This document shows, piece by piece, positions 17,016-26,966 of a stretch of 64,000 bases of DNA. Source of the DNA: Waddliaceae bacterium (GTDB lineage Bacteria > Chlamydiota > Chlamydiia > Chlamydiales > Waddliaceae); NCBI GenBank assembly GCA_963724325.1, contig CAVRUH010000001.1, positions 480,001 to 544,000 on the forward strand, read 5' to 3'. Made by a program: the position numbers and the translations under genes. The stretch's first letter is position 1. The number at the start of each line of letters is the position of its first letter. The notes under the pieces were generated by a model that was not told the origin of the DNA, ran no database searches, and saw nothing but the letters and a program-made list of their open reading frames with translations.

Positions 17016-19528
17016 AAAAAGTATTTGCTGCAATGTTGATATTGACGCTTGGATTCGTCCAGGGCCAGACCATCGCCCAGAAAAAAGCTGGATTGATGGG
17101 TACCGTTGGGGATCTTAATCCTGACATGCAAAAGTTTTTAAATGATCTCAATAACGAGCTTAGGGCTCGTCAAGAGGAACTTGTCAAACTTCAAAGTCAG
17201 GTGATGGAACTATATCTCAAGAATTCCCCTCCCGCGTCTTATCAGGAATTATTGCTTAAGATCAATGACATTAAAGAAAATATCCATATCCTTGAAGAAA
17301 GCTGGCGCGAAATGGTGACAAAACCAGGTGCAAGGGACGAAGGATATGCATTATGGCATCAACCAGATACAACTTTAGAACAAATTGTACTCGACTATGG
17401 TTCATCGGAATATGTATTTTTAATACCTTTGGAGATTGGTTCGATTCAGGTCAGTTTGAATTCAAATATACCAATTCCTAGGGCTGCATGGCCGCAGATG
17501 CTTGAGCAAATATTGCTGCAGAATGGCGTTGGAATGAAAGCGATAAATCCTTATTTAAAAGAACTCTATCGACTGAATGATGATTTCTCAGATTTGAAGT
17601 TAATTACCAATGATCCGACGGAGTTGGAAGTATTTCCAGGGAATACTCGAGTTAGCTTTCTATTGAGCCCTCCGCCCGAAGATGTGCGGCGCGTATGGTT
17701 CTTCCTGGAAAAATTTATTAATCCAAATGCTACCGTTATGGAACGCTTTGGAAGAGTAATTTTGGTTGTGGGAGAAGTTTCCGCAGTTAAGGACCTTTTG
17801 AAGATTTACGATTTTATTGCTGCGAATAAGCAGGAGCTAGAATTTAAAGCTGTCCCGCTGACACGTGTCGATCCTGAGGAGATGACAAAGATATTGACCT
17901 CCATTTTTCAGGAGTTGGATGAAGAGTACGAGCAAGAACGTACCAATGAAAAGAAAGGAAGGCCTCAGCCGCCTGCAGGAAGATTTGGCGGGCAGATGAA
18001 GCCCCTTCCTCAGGGAAGTCCATTTAAAAAGCAAAAAGTTTCAAATACATTAAGTGTTACAGCTCTTCCGGCAATGGCTCAAGCAGTATTTCTTGTGGGA
18101 ACAAAAGAAGAGATTGCGAAAGCCGAAAAAATAATTAAAGAAGTTGAAGGGCAGATAGGAGAAGCGCGCGATAAGGAAATTTTCTGGTATAAGTCTAAGC
18201 ATTCTGATCCTGAAGAGTTGGCTGTGATGATCGAAAAAATATATTACAACATGGTTGAAAATAGAATTGGATACCAGAAGGAGAAAGAAGAAAAGGAAGC
18301 CGGTCCGGGAAATGAGGGTGGCAGGTCAGTGTACATTGATAAGGAACGGGAAAGGGAAACTGTTGTACAGCAGCCTATACCTCTTGTACCCCAAGATAAC
18401 TTTTATCAGCAGGGTGGATACATCGTAAATCCGCGCCCAGCAGTTCCACAAATGACTGAAACACGTGAAGTTAATAAAAACAGAAGCAACTTCTTGGTGG
18501 ATCCAAAGTCGAGTTCCATTGTGATGGTTGTGGAGACTGATCTTGTACCAAAAATTCAAGAACTTCTCAGAAAACTTGATGTCCCTAAAAGAATGGTGCA
18601 AATTGAATGCCTGCTTTTCGAAAAGAGAAACATCAGAAACAGTGCTTTTGGGTTGAATCTTTTAAAGATGGGAAGTGCAGCATCGCAAACGCACGTTTCC
18701 TCATTATTATGGAACACACCTTTGCCTGAAAATGATGGAATTTTGCAATTGTTGTTAAGCCGTGCCAAATCACAAACGGGAATTCCTTCATTTGATATTT
18801 CGTATAAGTTCTTGATGTCGCAAGAGGGCATTCATATCAATGCAAGCCCTTCTGTAGTGACAGTCAACCAAGTTGCTGCAAATATTACGATCAATGAAGA
18901 AATTTCTCTTAAAACAGGGGTATATCAGGTACCCACTTCAGGGACCACAACCCTTCAAGATGCATATACGCGCGCTCAATATGGTATCAATATTTCTGTA
19001 ACACCGACAATTCACATTGTTGACGATGACGATTTTTTCTTGAATCCAGAAAACTACGTACATATGGTTGCAGATATTACCTTTGATACATTTACTCCGG
19101 CCGGGGACCAACAACCTAATGTTACACGCAGACATATTACGAACGAGGTGAATATCCCCGATGGTGAAACTGTGATAATTGGCGGCCTGCGCCGGAAAAA
19201 TGCTCGAGATCATCATGAATATGTTCCATTTATAGGTGAGATACCTGGCTTAGGCAAGCTTTTCAGCAAAAATGAAATGTCTGATGACGATACCGAGATG
19301 TTTATTTTCCTGACTCCAAAGATTATATCAGATCCTTTAGAGGATTTTGAAACCATCCGTATGACCGAGATGTGCAAACGTCCTGGCGATCTTCCATCAT
19401 TTCTGGCAAGCCTGAATGAGGCTCTAGAATGCGAGCAGCGGAGATTGATGCAAGGTAGTTTGACAATGTTGTTTGGTCGGCCGCGCCCAAGATACATCAT
19501 GGAAGAGGGCGAATACGATGGCCGGTGA
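17012..19528 (+). CDS. gspD: Type II secretion system secretin
   Basis: Signal peptide; LDVPKRMVQIE, PSVVTVN, DGETVIIGGL, VPFIGEIPGLGKLF, FIFLTPKII. Confidence 0.93.
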   Translation: MKKVFAAMLILTLGFVQGQTIAQKKAGLMGTVGDLNPDMQKFLNDLNNELRARQEELVKLQSQVMELYLKNSPPASYQELLLKINDIKENIHILEESWREMVTKPGARDEGYALWHQPDTTLEQIVLDYGSSEYVFLIPLEIGSIQVSLNSNIPIPRAAWPQMLEQILLQNGVGMKAINPYLKELYRLNDDFSDLKLITNDPTELEVFPGNTRVSFLLSPPPEDVRRVWFFLEKFINPNATVMERFGRVILVVGEVSAVKDLLKIYDFIAANKQELEFKAVPLTRVDPEEMTKILTSIFQELDEEYEQERTNEKKGRPQPPAGRFGGQMKPLPQGSPFKKQKVSNTLSVTALPAMAQAVFLVGTKEEIAKAEKIIKEVEGQIGEARDKEIFWYKSKHSDPEELAVMIEKIYYNMVENRIGYQKEKEEKEAGPGNEGGRSVYIDKERERETVVQQPIPLVPQDNFYQQGGYIVNPRPAVPQMTETREVNKNRSNFLVDPKSSSIVMVVETDLVPKIQELLRKLDVPKRMVQIECLLFEKRNIRNSAFGLNLLKMGSAASQTHVSSLLWNTPLPENDGILQLLLSRAKSQTGIPSFDISYKFLMSQEGIHINASPSVVTVNQVAANITINEEISLKTGVYQVPTSGTTTLQDAYTRAQYGINISVTPTIHIVDDDDFFLNPENYVHMVADITFDTFTPAGDQQPNVTRRHITNEVNIPDGETVIIGGLRRKNARDHHEYVPFIGEIPGLGKLFSKNEMSDDDTEMFIFLTPKIISDPLEDFETIRMTEMCKRPGDLPSFLASLNEALECEQRRLMQGSLTMLFGRPRPRYIMEEGEYDGR

Positions 19529-21134
19529 GAGCGAGGAATTTGTCAGACGTGGAATGTTAGGGGGGGAAGATGTCAATCGCGCCCTCGCTGAACAGTTTGG
19601 CATGCCTATCTACACCGATTTATCGAAATTTAATATCTCTAGCAAGCACCTGAAGAAGGTCTCTTATGGATTTGTGAAAAAATATTCAGCCCTTCCCATC
19701 CATGAAGAAGATGGGGTTATCTGGGTTGCTGTATCGGATCCTTTAAATGTGCAGCCATTGGAAGAACTTCGGCTAATCTTAGAATCGCCAGTAAAGGCAA
19801 TTTATTGTCCAAAAGAGGTCATCGAACTTGCTATGGGAATGTGGTACGACCAAAAAACTGGTGCCGCATCAGAGATGATTGAGACTCTGGACAAAGCAGG
19901 AAAAGGGCGCGAAGATGAAGATGAGGAAATATACGATCTATTAGATAATACCCGTGAACAATCTCCCATTGTCAAGCTCCTCAATTTAATCATCACAGAA
20001 GCAATTCAGCAAGGGGCTTCTGATATACACTTTGAGCCTCATGAAACAGGCTTGCGTGTGCGTTACAGAATTGATGGCGTCTTGCAAACAAGACACGCAC
20101 CTTCACCAGAATATCAGCAGCAGCTTCTCACTAGAATCAAAGTGATGTCCAAAATGGATATCGCCGAAAGACGCTTACCTCAAGATGGACGAATAAAGCT
20201 ACGCATGGGCCGTCGTGAGATCGACTTCCGGGTCAGTACTGTTCCTGTAGTCAATGGAGAAAGAATTGTTCTCCGTATTCTGGATAAAGGCAGCGTAGTG
20301 CTGGGGTTGGATAGATTAGGAATGCTGCAGAATGTTTTTGATGAATTCAAACGTCTCATTGCAATGCCAGAAGGGATTGTTTTAGTGACCGGTCCTACTG
20401 GTAGCGGTAAAACGACAACATTATATAGCGCGCTTTCGGAAGTTTATACCGATGAAACGAACATCATGACCATTGAAGATCCCGTGGAATATAACATCAA
20501 AGGCATCGCCCAAATTGGAGTTCGTCCCAAAATCGACCTGACTTTTGCAACAGGGCTTCGTCATATTTTAAGACAAGACCCCGATATCATTATGATCGGT
20601 GAAATTCGAGATATGGAAACCGCTGCCATTGCTACACAGGCATCACTTACAGGTCACCTTGTACTTAGCACCTTGCACACGAACGATGCACCATCAGCAA
20701 TCACTAGATTGGTCGATATGGGAATCGAACCGTATTTGCTATCCTCCACAATTTTGGGAGTAATGGCTCAGCGATTGGTTAGAACTATTTGTCCTGAATG
20801 CAAGGAAGCCTACAAACCAACCGATCTCGAGTTGCAAAATATTGGGCTGTCACGTGCCGAATTAATCGATGACCTTCTCTACAAGGGAGCCGGCTGCAAA
20901 TTATGCTTTGGATCAGGCTACAAAGGCCGTCATGGTATCTATGAACTCATGACAGTCAACAATGCTATCAAGAGACAAATAGTAAAAAGTCCCGATGCGG
21001 GCGTAATGAGACAGATAGCCCTTAAAGAAGGAATGACAAGTCTGATTACGCACGGAGCCTTTCTCGTGAAAAATGGAATGTCCACAGTTGCTGAAGTTCT
21101 CAGGGTCTGTCGCGGCGTAGACGAGCAGGAATGA
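19518..21134 (+). CDS. gspE: Type II secretion ATPase
   Basis: ASDIHFEP, GPTGSGKTT, TIEDPVE, LRQDPD, STLHTND, CxxC pairs. Confidence 0.96.
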   Translation: MAGESEEFVRRGMLGGEDVNRALAEQFGMPIYTDLSKFNISSKHLKKVSYGFVKKYSALPIHEEDGVIWVAVSDPLNVQPLEELRLILESPVKAIYCPKEVIELAMGMWYDQKTGAASEMIETLDKAGKGREDEDEEIYDLLDNTREQSPIVKLLNLIITEAIQQGASDIHFEPHETGLRVRYRIDGVLQTRHAPSPEYQQQLLTRIKVMSKMDIAERRLPQDGRIKLRMGRREIDFRVSTVPVVNGERIVLRILDKGSVVLGLDRLGMLQNVFDEFKRLIAMPEGIVLVTGPTGSGKTTTLYSALSEVYTDETNIMTIEDPVEYNIKGIAQIGVRPKIDLTFATGLRHILRQDPDIIMIGEIRDMETAAIATQASLTGHLVLSTLHTNDAPSAITRLVDMGIEPYLLSSTILGVMAQRLVRTICPECKEAYKPTDLELQNIGLSRAELIDDLLYKGAGCKLCFGSGYKGRHGIYELMTVNNAIKRQIVKSPDAGVMRQIALKEGMTSLITHGAFLVKNGMSTVAEVLRVCRGVDEQE

Positions 21135-21138
21135 TCCT

Positions 21139-22329
21139 ATGCCACTATACAACTATCAAGCCATAGATTCGCAAGGAAAGAAGAGAAAAGGGCTTGTTGA
21201 TGGCAACAACGAAACCGAAGCCAAGATGAAGCTGCGCGAACAAGGGATCATGGTCACTTCGTTAACTGTCAAGAGCAAGATGCTCGGCAAGGAAAATCTC
21301 AAAAGCGAACAACTTGTCCTGTTTACCATTCAACTTTCGCAACTCGTCGGTGCCGGCGTGCCTCTCTACGAAAGTCTCTCAGCCCTCGAAGAAATGTACC
21401 GCAAAGAGACCTTTCATTTAGTTCTCCTTAGCCTTTGCGAAAAAATTAAGGCCGGAGCCTCCCTTTCCGAGGCGATGGCGGATTATCCCGATTCATTCGA
21501 TCGTCTATATTGCTCCATGATTATGGCCGGAGAACAGTCTGGATCCCTCGAAATCGTCCTAGGTCGACTCAGCGAATATCTAATTAAGCAAGATAAACTC
21601 AAAAAAGAGATTCAAACGGCAATGATTTATCCAGCGATTCTCGGAGGCTTTGCTCTAGTTGTCATTGCCGTGATGCTTGGATTTGTGGTGCCCTCTATTC
21701 AATCAATTTTTTCGGATAGAAAACTCAACGGTTTCACAGAATTCGTCATGAATGTCAGCTACGTCTTCCGCTACTATTGGTGGGTGTATATTCCAGTAAT
21801 CCTTCTTGGAGGTACCTACGCGTATTATATGCTCCGTTCTGTCGCCGGCAAACTCTGGCTCGAAAGAACACTATTGAAACTTCCCGTTATCAAGACGCTC
21901 ATGATTGAAGCAGCCATGGCCCGCTTCTGCCGCACCATGGGCACCTTGCAAAAAGGAGGTCTGACAATCATTGACTCTATACATATCGCCAGAGAAGTAA
22001 TGCAAAACGCTACACTAGAGAACGAAATCAAGAATGCCGAGATCAAAATCGTTGAAGGCAGCTCGCTAAGTGCCGAACTGACCCGCTCCCGATGGATTCC
22101 TCCTCTCGTTTCACGCATGCTCGCCGTAGCCGAAGAATCCGGCACCTCCACCGAGATGATGAATAAAATCGCCGATATGTACGAAGAACATCTCGATCGC
22201 ACCCTAAGTAGAGTTTTAGCACTAGCGCAGCCAGTAATTTTAATTGGAATGGGAGCCATCATAGGGGGCATCCTCCTCTCAGTTCTCCTTCCATTAACAG
22301 ACATGAGTTCATTTTCAATAACAAGGTAG
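21139..22329 (+). CDS. gspF: Type II secretion inner membrane platform protein
   Basis: MPLYNYQA, G.SLSEAM, GEQSGSL, AMIYP; duplicated GspF domains. Confidence 0.95.
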   Translation: MPLYNYQAIDSQGKKRKGLVDGNNETEAKMKLREQGIMVTSLTVKSKMLGKENLKSEQLVLFTIQLSQLVGAGVPLYESLSALEEMYRKETFHLVLLSLCEKIKAGASLSEAMADYPDSFDRLYCSMIMAGEQSGSLEIVLGRLSEYLIKQDKLKKEIQTAMIYPAILGGFALVVIAVMLGFVVPSIQSIFSDRKLNGFTEFVMNVSYVFRYYWWVYIPVILLGGTYAYYMLRSVAGKLWLERTLLKLPVIKTLMIEAAMARFCRTMGTLQKGGLTIIDSIHIAREVMQNATLENEIKNAEIKIVEGSSLSAELTRSRWIPPLVSRMLAVAEESGTSTEMMNKIADMYEEHLDRTLSRVLALAQPVILIGMGAIIGGILLSVLLPLTDMSSFSITR

Positions 22330-22335
22330 AAAACT

Positions 22336-22725
22336 ATGAATCTATACAAAACAACAAAAAGACACGTCACACTCATCGAGATGATGATCGTTATGACTCT
22401 GATTATTTTAATTATCGGTGTCATCGGATACAACTATCGCGGTGCCTTGGATGAAGGAAAAGCCTTCAAAACAAAGGCAGGAATCGAAAAATTGGAAACC
22501 ATTTTAAGTCTCGCCGTCGCCGATAAGCCAGCCCTTCTCCAAGATATCCAAGGGAATTGGGAAGAAATTATTAAAACAAATCCACTAGTAAGAAACCCCG
22601 ATGATCTCATCTATGACGGCTGGGGCTACAAATACCGAGTAGATGTTGAAGACGGACGGATCGTAATCCACTCCGATAAATACGATGAATATGCAAAATC
22701 AAAGCAATCGCAATTTGGAAAATAA
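22336..22725 (+). CDS. Major pseudopilin-like protein (GspG-like)
   Basis: KRHVTLIEMMIVM N-terminal helix; DGWG..Y motif. Confidence 0.85.
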   Translation: MNLYKTTKRHVTLIEMMIVMTLIILIIGVIGYNYRGALDEGKAFKTKAGIEKLETILSLAVADKPALLQDIQGNWEEIIKTNPLVRNPDDLIYDGWGYKYRVDVEDGRIVIHSDKYDEYAKSKQSQFGK

Positions 22726-23371
22726 CATTTACAAATATCAAAAGCGATTTTTGACTCTTGTCGAGATGTTAATCGTTATCACGATTTTGGTGTTATTCAC
22801 CGGTGTGATAGGGATTAACATCGGAAGGGCTTTGCACGAACAGAAGTTCGATACAGAGGTAGATCTCATTGTTGAAAGGCTTCGACTTGCCCAAAGCCTG
22901 ATGCTCATCTCAAACAAAGATGTGAGCATTCGCATAAAACAAACGAAAGCAGGCATCGACCTGTCTATGGAAATCGAAGGAGATATTCCCAAAGGATGGC
23001 AGTTCATGGTAGACCGGTCCCACATAGAGCTGAAAACGATTCACACTTTTGATTTTGAGGACCAGTTGAATTATCCGATTGTGCAAGGGCAGCTCGATAT
23101 CCTATTTTTTTCAGGAGGCGCCGTCATGAGTCAAGGGGTGATTCGTCTTTCAACCCTCGAAAAGTACGATACCCCAGGTGCAATACGAGCTGCTATTCCA
23201 CTTTTTGGGTACCCGCATCCCATTAATAGAGTTTCAGAAGAGGGGAAATTAATAGAAGTTGAAAACAAAGATAAGCAGGCAGATGTGGCAATTACAAACA
23301 ACACAATGGAGGAAATAAAGCAATATGAAGAGCTTTCAAAAGCTTCAAAAGCGTCACGTTCTACTCCTTGA
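22685..23371 (+). CDS. Minor pseudopilin-like protein
   Basis: KRFLTLVEMLIVI pilin helix; start uncertain. Confidence 0.8.
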   Translation: MNMQNQSNRNLENNIYKYQKRFLTLVEMLIVITILVLFTGVIGINIGRALHEQKFDTEVDLIVERLRLAQSLMLISNKDVSIRIKQTKAGIDLSMEIEGDIPKGWQFMVDRSHIELKTIHTFDFEDQLNYPIVQGQLDILFFSGGAVMSQGVIRLSTLEKYDTPGAIRAAIPLFGYPHPINRVSEEGKLIEVENKDKQADVAITNNTMEEIKQYEELSKASKASRSTP

Positions 23372-23756
23372 AGTGCTTATCGCCTTCACGTTGATGGTCC
23401 TTTGTGTCCTCCCTCTGTTCTATCCGCTCACCTACCTCTTGCGTGAACAAAATGGATTCATCAATAAAATTGAATTAGATCACGAAGTAAATCTAGCCTA
23501 CGCCAATCTGATGACCCGATTGTATGCAAACGACATCTCATGGGATGAATTAAATGACAGCGGCCAACATGAAATCAAACTCGGCAAGGATCTCCCCTAC
23601 AAAGGATATTATGTCTTCGGAGAAATCAAGCACAAACCAGAAGAAGAGCAGTCCCGAATGGTGTTTTTGAAGACGCTGGACTTTATCTTTACATCAACCG
23701 ACAAAAAGGAATTTAAATACCATTATAACATATGCGTGGTTAGAGACATCAAATGA
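23325..23756 (+). CDS. Minor pseudopilin-like protein
   Basis: KRHVLLLEVLIAF pilin helix. Confidence 0.75.
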   Translation: MKSFQKLQKRHVLLLEVLIAFTLMVLCVLPLFYPLTYLLREQNGFINKIELDHEVNLAYANLMTRLYANDISWDELNDSGQHEIKLGKDLPYKGYYVFGEIKHKPEEEQSRMVFLKTLDFIFTSTDKKEFKYHYNICVVRDIK

Positions 23757-24385
23757 TAAATATAAAAAAACGCTACATCTCTCTCCTCGAACTCATGATA
23801 GCAATCAGCTTGACCCTGATCATATTGACAACTCTATCTTTCTTCTATGATCAGACCTTCAGAATCAATCGAAAAATGGATGCAGCCCAAAATGAAGCCT
23901 TCAAGCTATTATATGTCGAAACCAGACTGGCGAACGTGTTCCCAAAAATATTTGCTCCGTCAGAAAATAAGGATATAGAATTCATATTTTTCACCACCGA
24001 TGAAGCAGGAAAGGGTCAAAACCTAATTTTTTCCTTCGATAATAACGTCAAATTAGACAAAACCATGTCTTTCAATGTGATTGGAAGACTATACCTAGAT
24101 GAAAAAGGAAATTTGATCCTGGCAACTTGGCCCGCCCGCAAACGATGGAAAGAAGGGGAACTCCCAACAATGAAAAAGGAAATATTGGTCGAGAATATTG
24201 ACTCCCTGCAGTTCCAATTTTTTGATTTAGAAGATGAGCTAAAAGGATGGGTCTCTGTCTGGCCCAAAGATAAGGGAAAGAAACTTCCCCCCGTGTTAAA
24301 GGTCATACTAAAAAGAAAAGACGAAGAAATTGTGTATGCGTACCATATGCCCAATTGCGATAAAACCGTAACTTACAATAAATAA
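23753..24385 (+). CDS. Minor pseudopilin-like protein (GspJ-like)
   Basis: KRYISLLELMIAI; C-terminal W...LP..LKV. Confidence 0.8.
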   Translation: MINIKKRYISLLELMIAISLTLIILTTLSFFYDQTFRINRKMDAAQNEAFKLLYVETRLANVFPKIFAPSENKDIEFIFFTTDEAGKGQNLIFSFDNNVKLDKTMSFNVIGRLYLDEKGNLILATWPARKRWKEGELPTMKKEILVENIDSLQFQFFDLEDELKGWVSVWPKDKGKKLPPVLKVILKRKDEEIVYAYHMPNCDKTVTYNK

Positions 24386-24387
24386 CT

Positions 24388-25281
24388 ATGTATATTTTAA
24401 TGTATGTCTCAACAATGCTGATGCTCCTAGTCTTGATGACCTACGGTCGTCTGGATAGCTACAGCGGCTTTGGCTACGTTCAGTCCGAATTCAAAAACTA
24501 CATAGAAAAACAAGAAAGGGAATTCATCAACAACGCAGCAATTGAGTGCTATAACAATACCACCGCCACCTCAAAACCCGGTGCCGAGCAAACAGATCAT
24601 AGCAAAGCCCGCGCAAAGCTCCCTTTTAATTTCTTTGTAGATAAAAAACAACGTGCAGAAAACCCCCTCATATTCGACGAATACCGGCAGATTACAAAAA
24701 ACTTAATACATCATCTTTATGCCGATCAAAAGTTTTTCAAAGAAGCTGAAGCAACTCACAACAATCTCATCGACGACATATTAAATGCTTTAATCAGCAC
24801 CACAGATGCATATGATGAGAAAAAAAAACTCAAAAAAATTAAGGAAATTTCAACGGTCGAATTGAACAACCATACTCTGAATCAAGTTTTTAATAAGATG
24901 ATAAAGGGGTCAATTCAAAAGCCCGAACGAGTTGAAGACGCAGAATCAAATCCCGAAGGGGAAGAAGAGGAAAAAGGATATTACCCTCTCGTTCAATTTC
25001 TAACTCTTGACTACGGAAATTATACAATTCGAGTCTTTTTGGCCTCCCCAGAATTGCTTGCAGTGCTTTTTGACCCCGGGACAGTGTCAGATATCATCGC
25101 GGTGCGCAAACAACTTTACAATGAGGTCATGAAGGAAGCCATGACCACCGAAGAGGCCACAAAACAATTCCAAGCCCAATTCCAAAATCGCAGACTTCAA
25201 TACCTAAGTCCCGAAAGGCTCGACTTCGGCGTCTCCAAAATCGACCCAAATACATACGCCAGCAAGAATAAAAAAAAGTAG
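24388..25281 (+). CDS. T2SS-associated protein (GspK position)
   Basis: N-terminal hydrophobic helix; last gene of the gsp operon. Confidence 0.6.
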   Translation: MYILMYVSTMLMLLVLMTYGRLDSYSGFGYVQSEFKNYIEKQEREFINNAAIECYNNTTATSKPGAEQTDHSKARAKLPFNFFVDKKQRAENPLIFDEYRQITKNLIHHLYADQKFFKEAEATHNNLIDDILNALISTTDAYDEKKKLKKIKEISTVELNNHTLNQVFNKMIKGSIQKPERVEDAESNPEGEEEEKGYYPLVQFLTLDYGNYTIRVFLASPELLAVLFDPGTVSDIIAVRKQLYNEVMKEAMTTEEATKQFQAQFQNRRLQYLSPERLDFGVSKIDPNTYASKNKKK

Positions 25282-25348
25282 GTTAAAATACCGCCAATGG
25301 TGTATTAGCCAGGCCTAATATGTTTTTAGCAACGTTCGAATCCCTCTC

Positions 25349-26917
25349 TCAAATTCCCTTTTCAAGTGATTGACTACACCAATCATTGATGGAACGGGTG
25401 TTTGGATCAAAATTTACTCCAACTAAAACAACTTCATTAGGTACTTGCTTAAATTGATAATGATATCCTTTGTCTAAAATCTGCTGCATGGCAGTTTTTG
25501 CGTCTGAATCGATCTTAAATTCAAAAATAAAGATGCACTGATCCGTCTTGAGCACCATATCAATTCTACCTGTATTTGTAGAAACTTCAGATTGCACAGA
25601 AAATCCCAGAACTTTCAAAACAAGATAGATAAGCGAGTGATAATAAGCCTCTTTTTTCAGGTGAATCTGATGTGGAACGGAAGCTAAGAGGACATTAAAA
25701 GTCTCAAAAAAACTTACTAGATCTTTGTTTTTAAGATGATTTAAAAGTTTAAAAAGAACTGTATGCATCTCAGATGGACGCATTTCTGCAAATTCAAAAA
25801 GAAGTTGCTCTAGAAAAGAGCGACGAACTTCTTCATTAGGAAATTTTAAGAGGTAAGTCCAGCTGTTTTCGTCATAGCTATCGATCGTTAGATATCCCGT
25901 TTGAAATAAAAGAGTCGGCAGATCAATCATATCAACTTCATGATCAGTTTCAATTTCCTTTCCAACAATCGTTCCTTTCTCAAGATCAGGAATAGAATAT
26001 TTTTGTTTTTTAATAAGATCGATGGCGAATGTAGGAGTTGCTGTGGTGAACCAATAATTATCAAGTTTGGCATTTTGCAAAAATTGAAACACGGAAAGGG
26101 GATTATACACACGGGTTGAAGCCGTCGATTGGGAAAATAAATAACCATTATACCATTGTTTCATCTCTTTGAAGTTTACTTCTTCGTCTTTATTTCTGGA
26201 CTCAGAGACGCTACGCAACTCTTCATTAAGATCTCTACGCAATTCATCTTCAGTTAGGCCAAGCAAAGCGGCATAAGTTGGATTCAATGAAACATCTAAC
26301 AAATTATTCATTCCAGAGAAAAGAGATACCTTCGAAAACTTGCTTGCTCCTGTCACAAAAACAAATCGCAAATATTCATCAAGGGCTTTGATCATAGTAT
26401 AAAAATCACGAAGGATATCTCGATTTTTGGCAACGACATCCATATCTTCTAAATGATGAACCAATGGTTTGTCATATTCATCAATCAAAATTACTACAGG
26501 ACCTCTCTTTGAAAGTTCTGTAACCAACGCTGACAAACTAAGAGATGGGAATGCCCTTTCAATCCCTTTGACTCCATATTTATCAGCATTTTGCTTTATA
26601 ATCTCTTGAAGCGATGTCGACAACGCCTCAGGACTAGAAGAAACCGTTTTTGAAATATCTAATCGAATGACCGGGTATTCTTTCCAAGTATAATCAGAAG
26701 AATCAATCCATAGACCTGAAAAAAGTTCTCTTTTTCCAAGAAATATTGCTTCTAAAGTAGAAACCAATAATGATTTTCCAAATCGACGAGGGCGGGATAA
26801 AAAATAGGCGACTCCCTGTGTAATCATTTGATGAATAATCATGGTCTTGTCGATATATAGAAATCCTTCGCTTCTTATTCTCGAGAAATTTTGAATTCCT
26901 ATAGGAAATTTTTTCAT
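25349..26917 (-). CDS. AAA-ATPase-like protein with C-terminal PD-(D/E)xK nuclease domain
   Basis: PIGIQNF, YIDKT, RPRRFGKS, IDEYDKP, GRIDM...FEFK. Confidence 0.93.
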   Translation of the reverse strand: MKKFPIGIQNFSRIRSEGFLYIDKTMIIHQMITQGVAYFLSRPRRFGKSLLVSTLEAIFLGKRELFSGLWIDSSDYTWKEYPVIRLDISKTVSSSPEALSTSLQEIIKQNADKYGVKGIERAFPSLSLSALVTELSKRGPVVILIDEYDKPLVHHLEDMDVVAKNRDILRDFYTMIKALDEYLRFVFVTGASKFSKVSLFSGMNNLLDVSLNPTYAALLGLTEDELRRDLNEELRSVSESRNKDEEVNFKEMKQWYNGYLFSQSTASTRVYNPLSVFQFLQNAKLDNYWFTTATPTFAIDLIKKQKYSIPDLEKGTIVGKEIETDHEVDMIDLPTLLFQTGYLTIDSYDENSWTYLLKFPNEEVRRSFLEQLLFEFAEMRPSEMHTVLFKLLNHLKNKDLVSFFETFNVLLASVPHQIHLKKEAYYHSLIYLVLKVLGFSVQSEVSTNTGRIDMVLKTDQCIFIFEFKIDSDAKTAMQQILDKGYHYQFKQVPNEVVLVGVNFDPNTRSINDWCSQSLEKGI

Positions 26918-26966
26918 AAAAACCAATCACTTATCAAATTACCTCATTATATACAAAATAGGACGA

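Noticed and set aside
21825..22433. 202-aa antisense ORF
   Set aside because: Shadow of gspF/pseudopilin with no motifs
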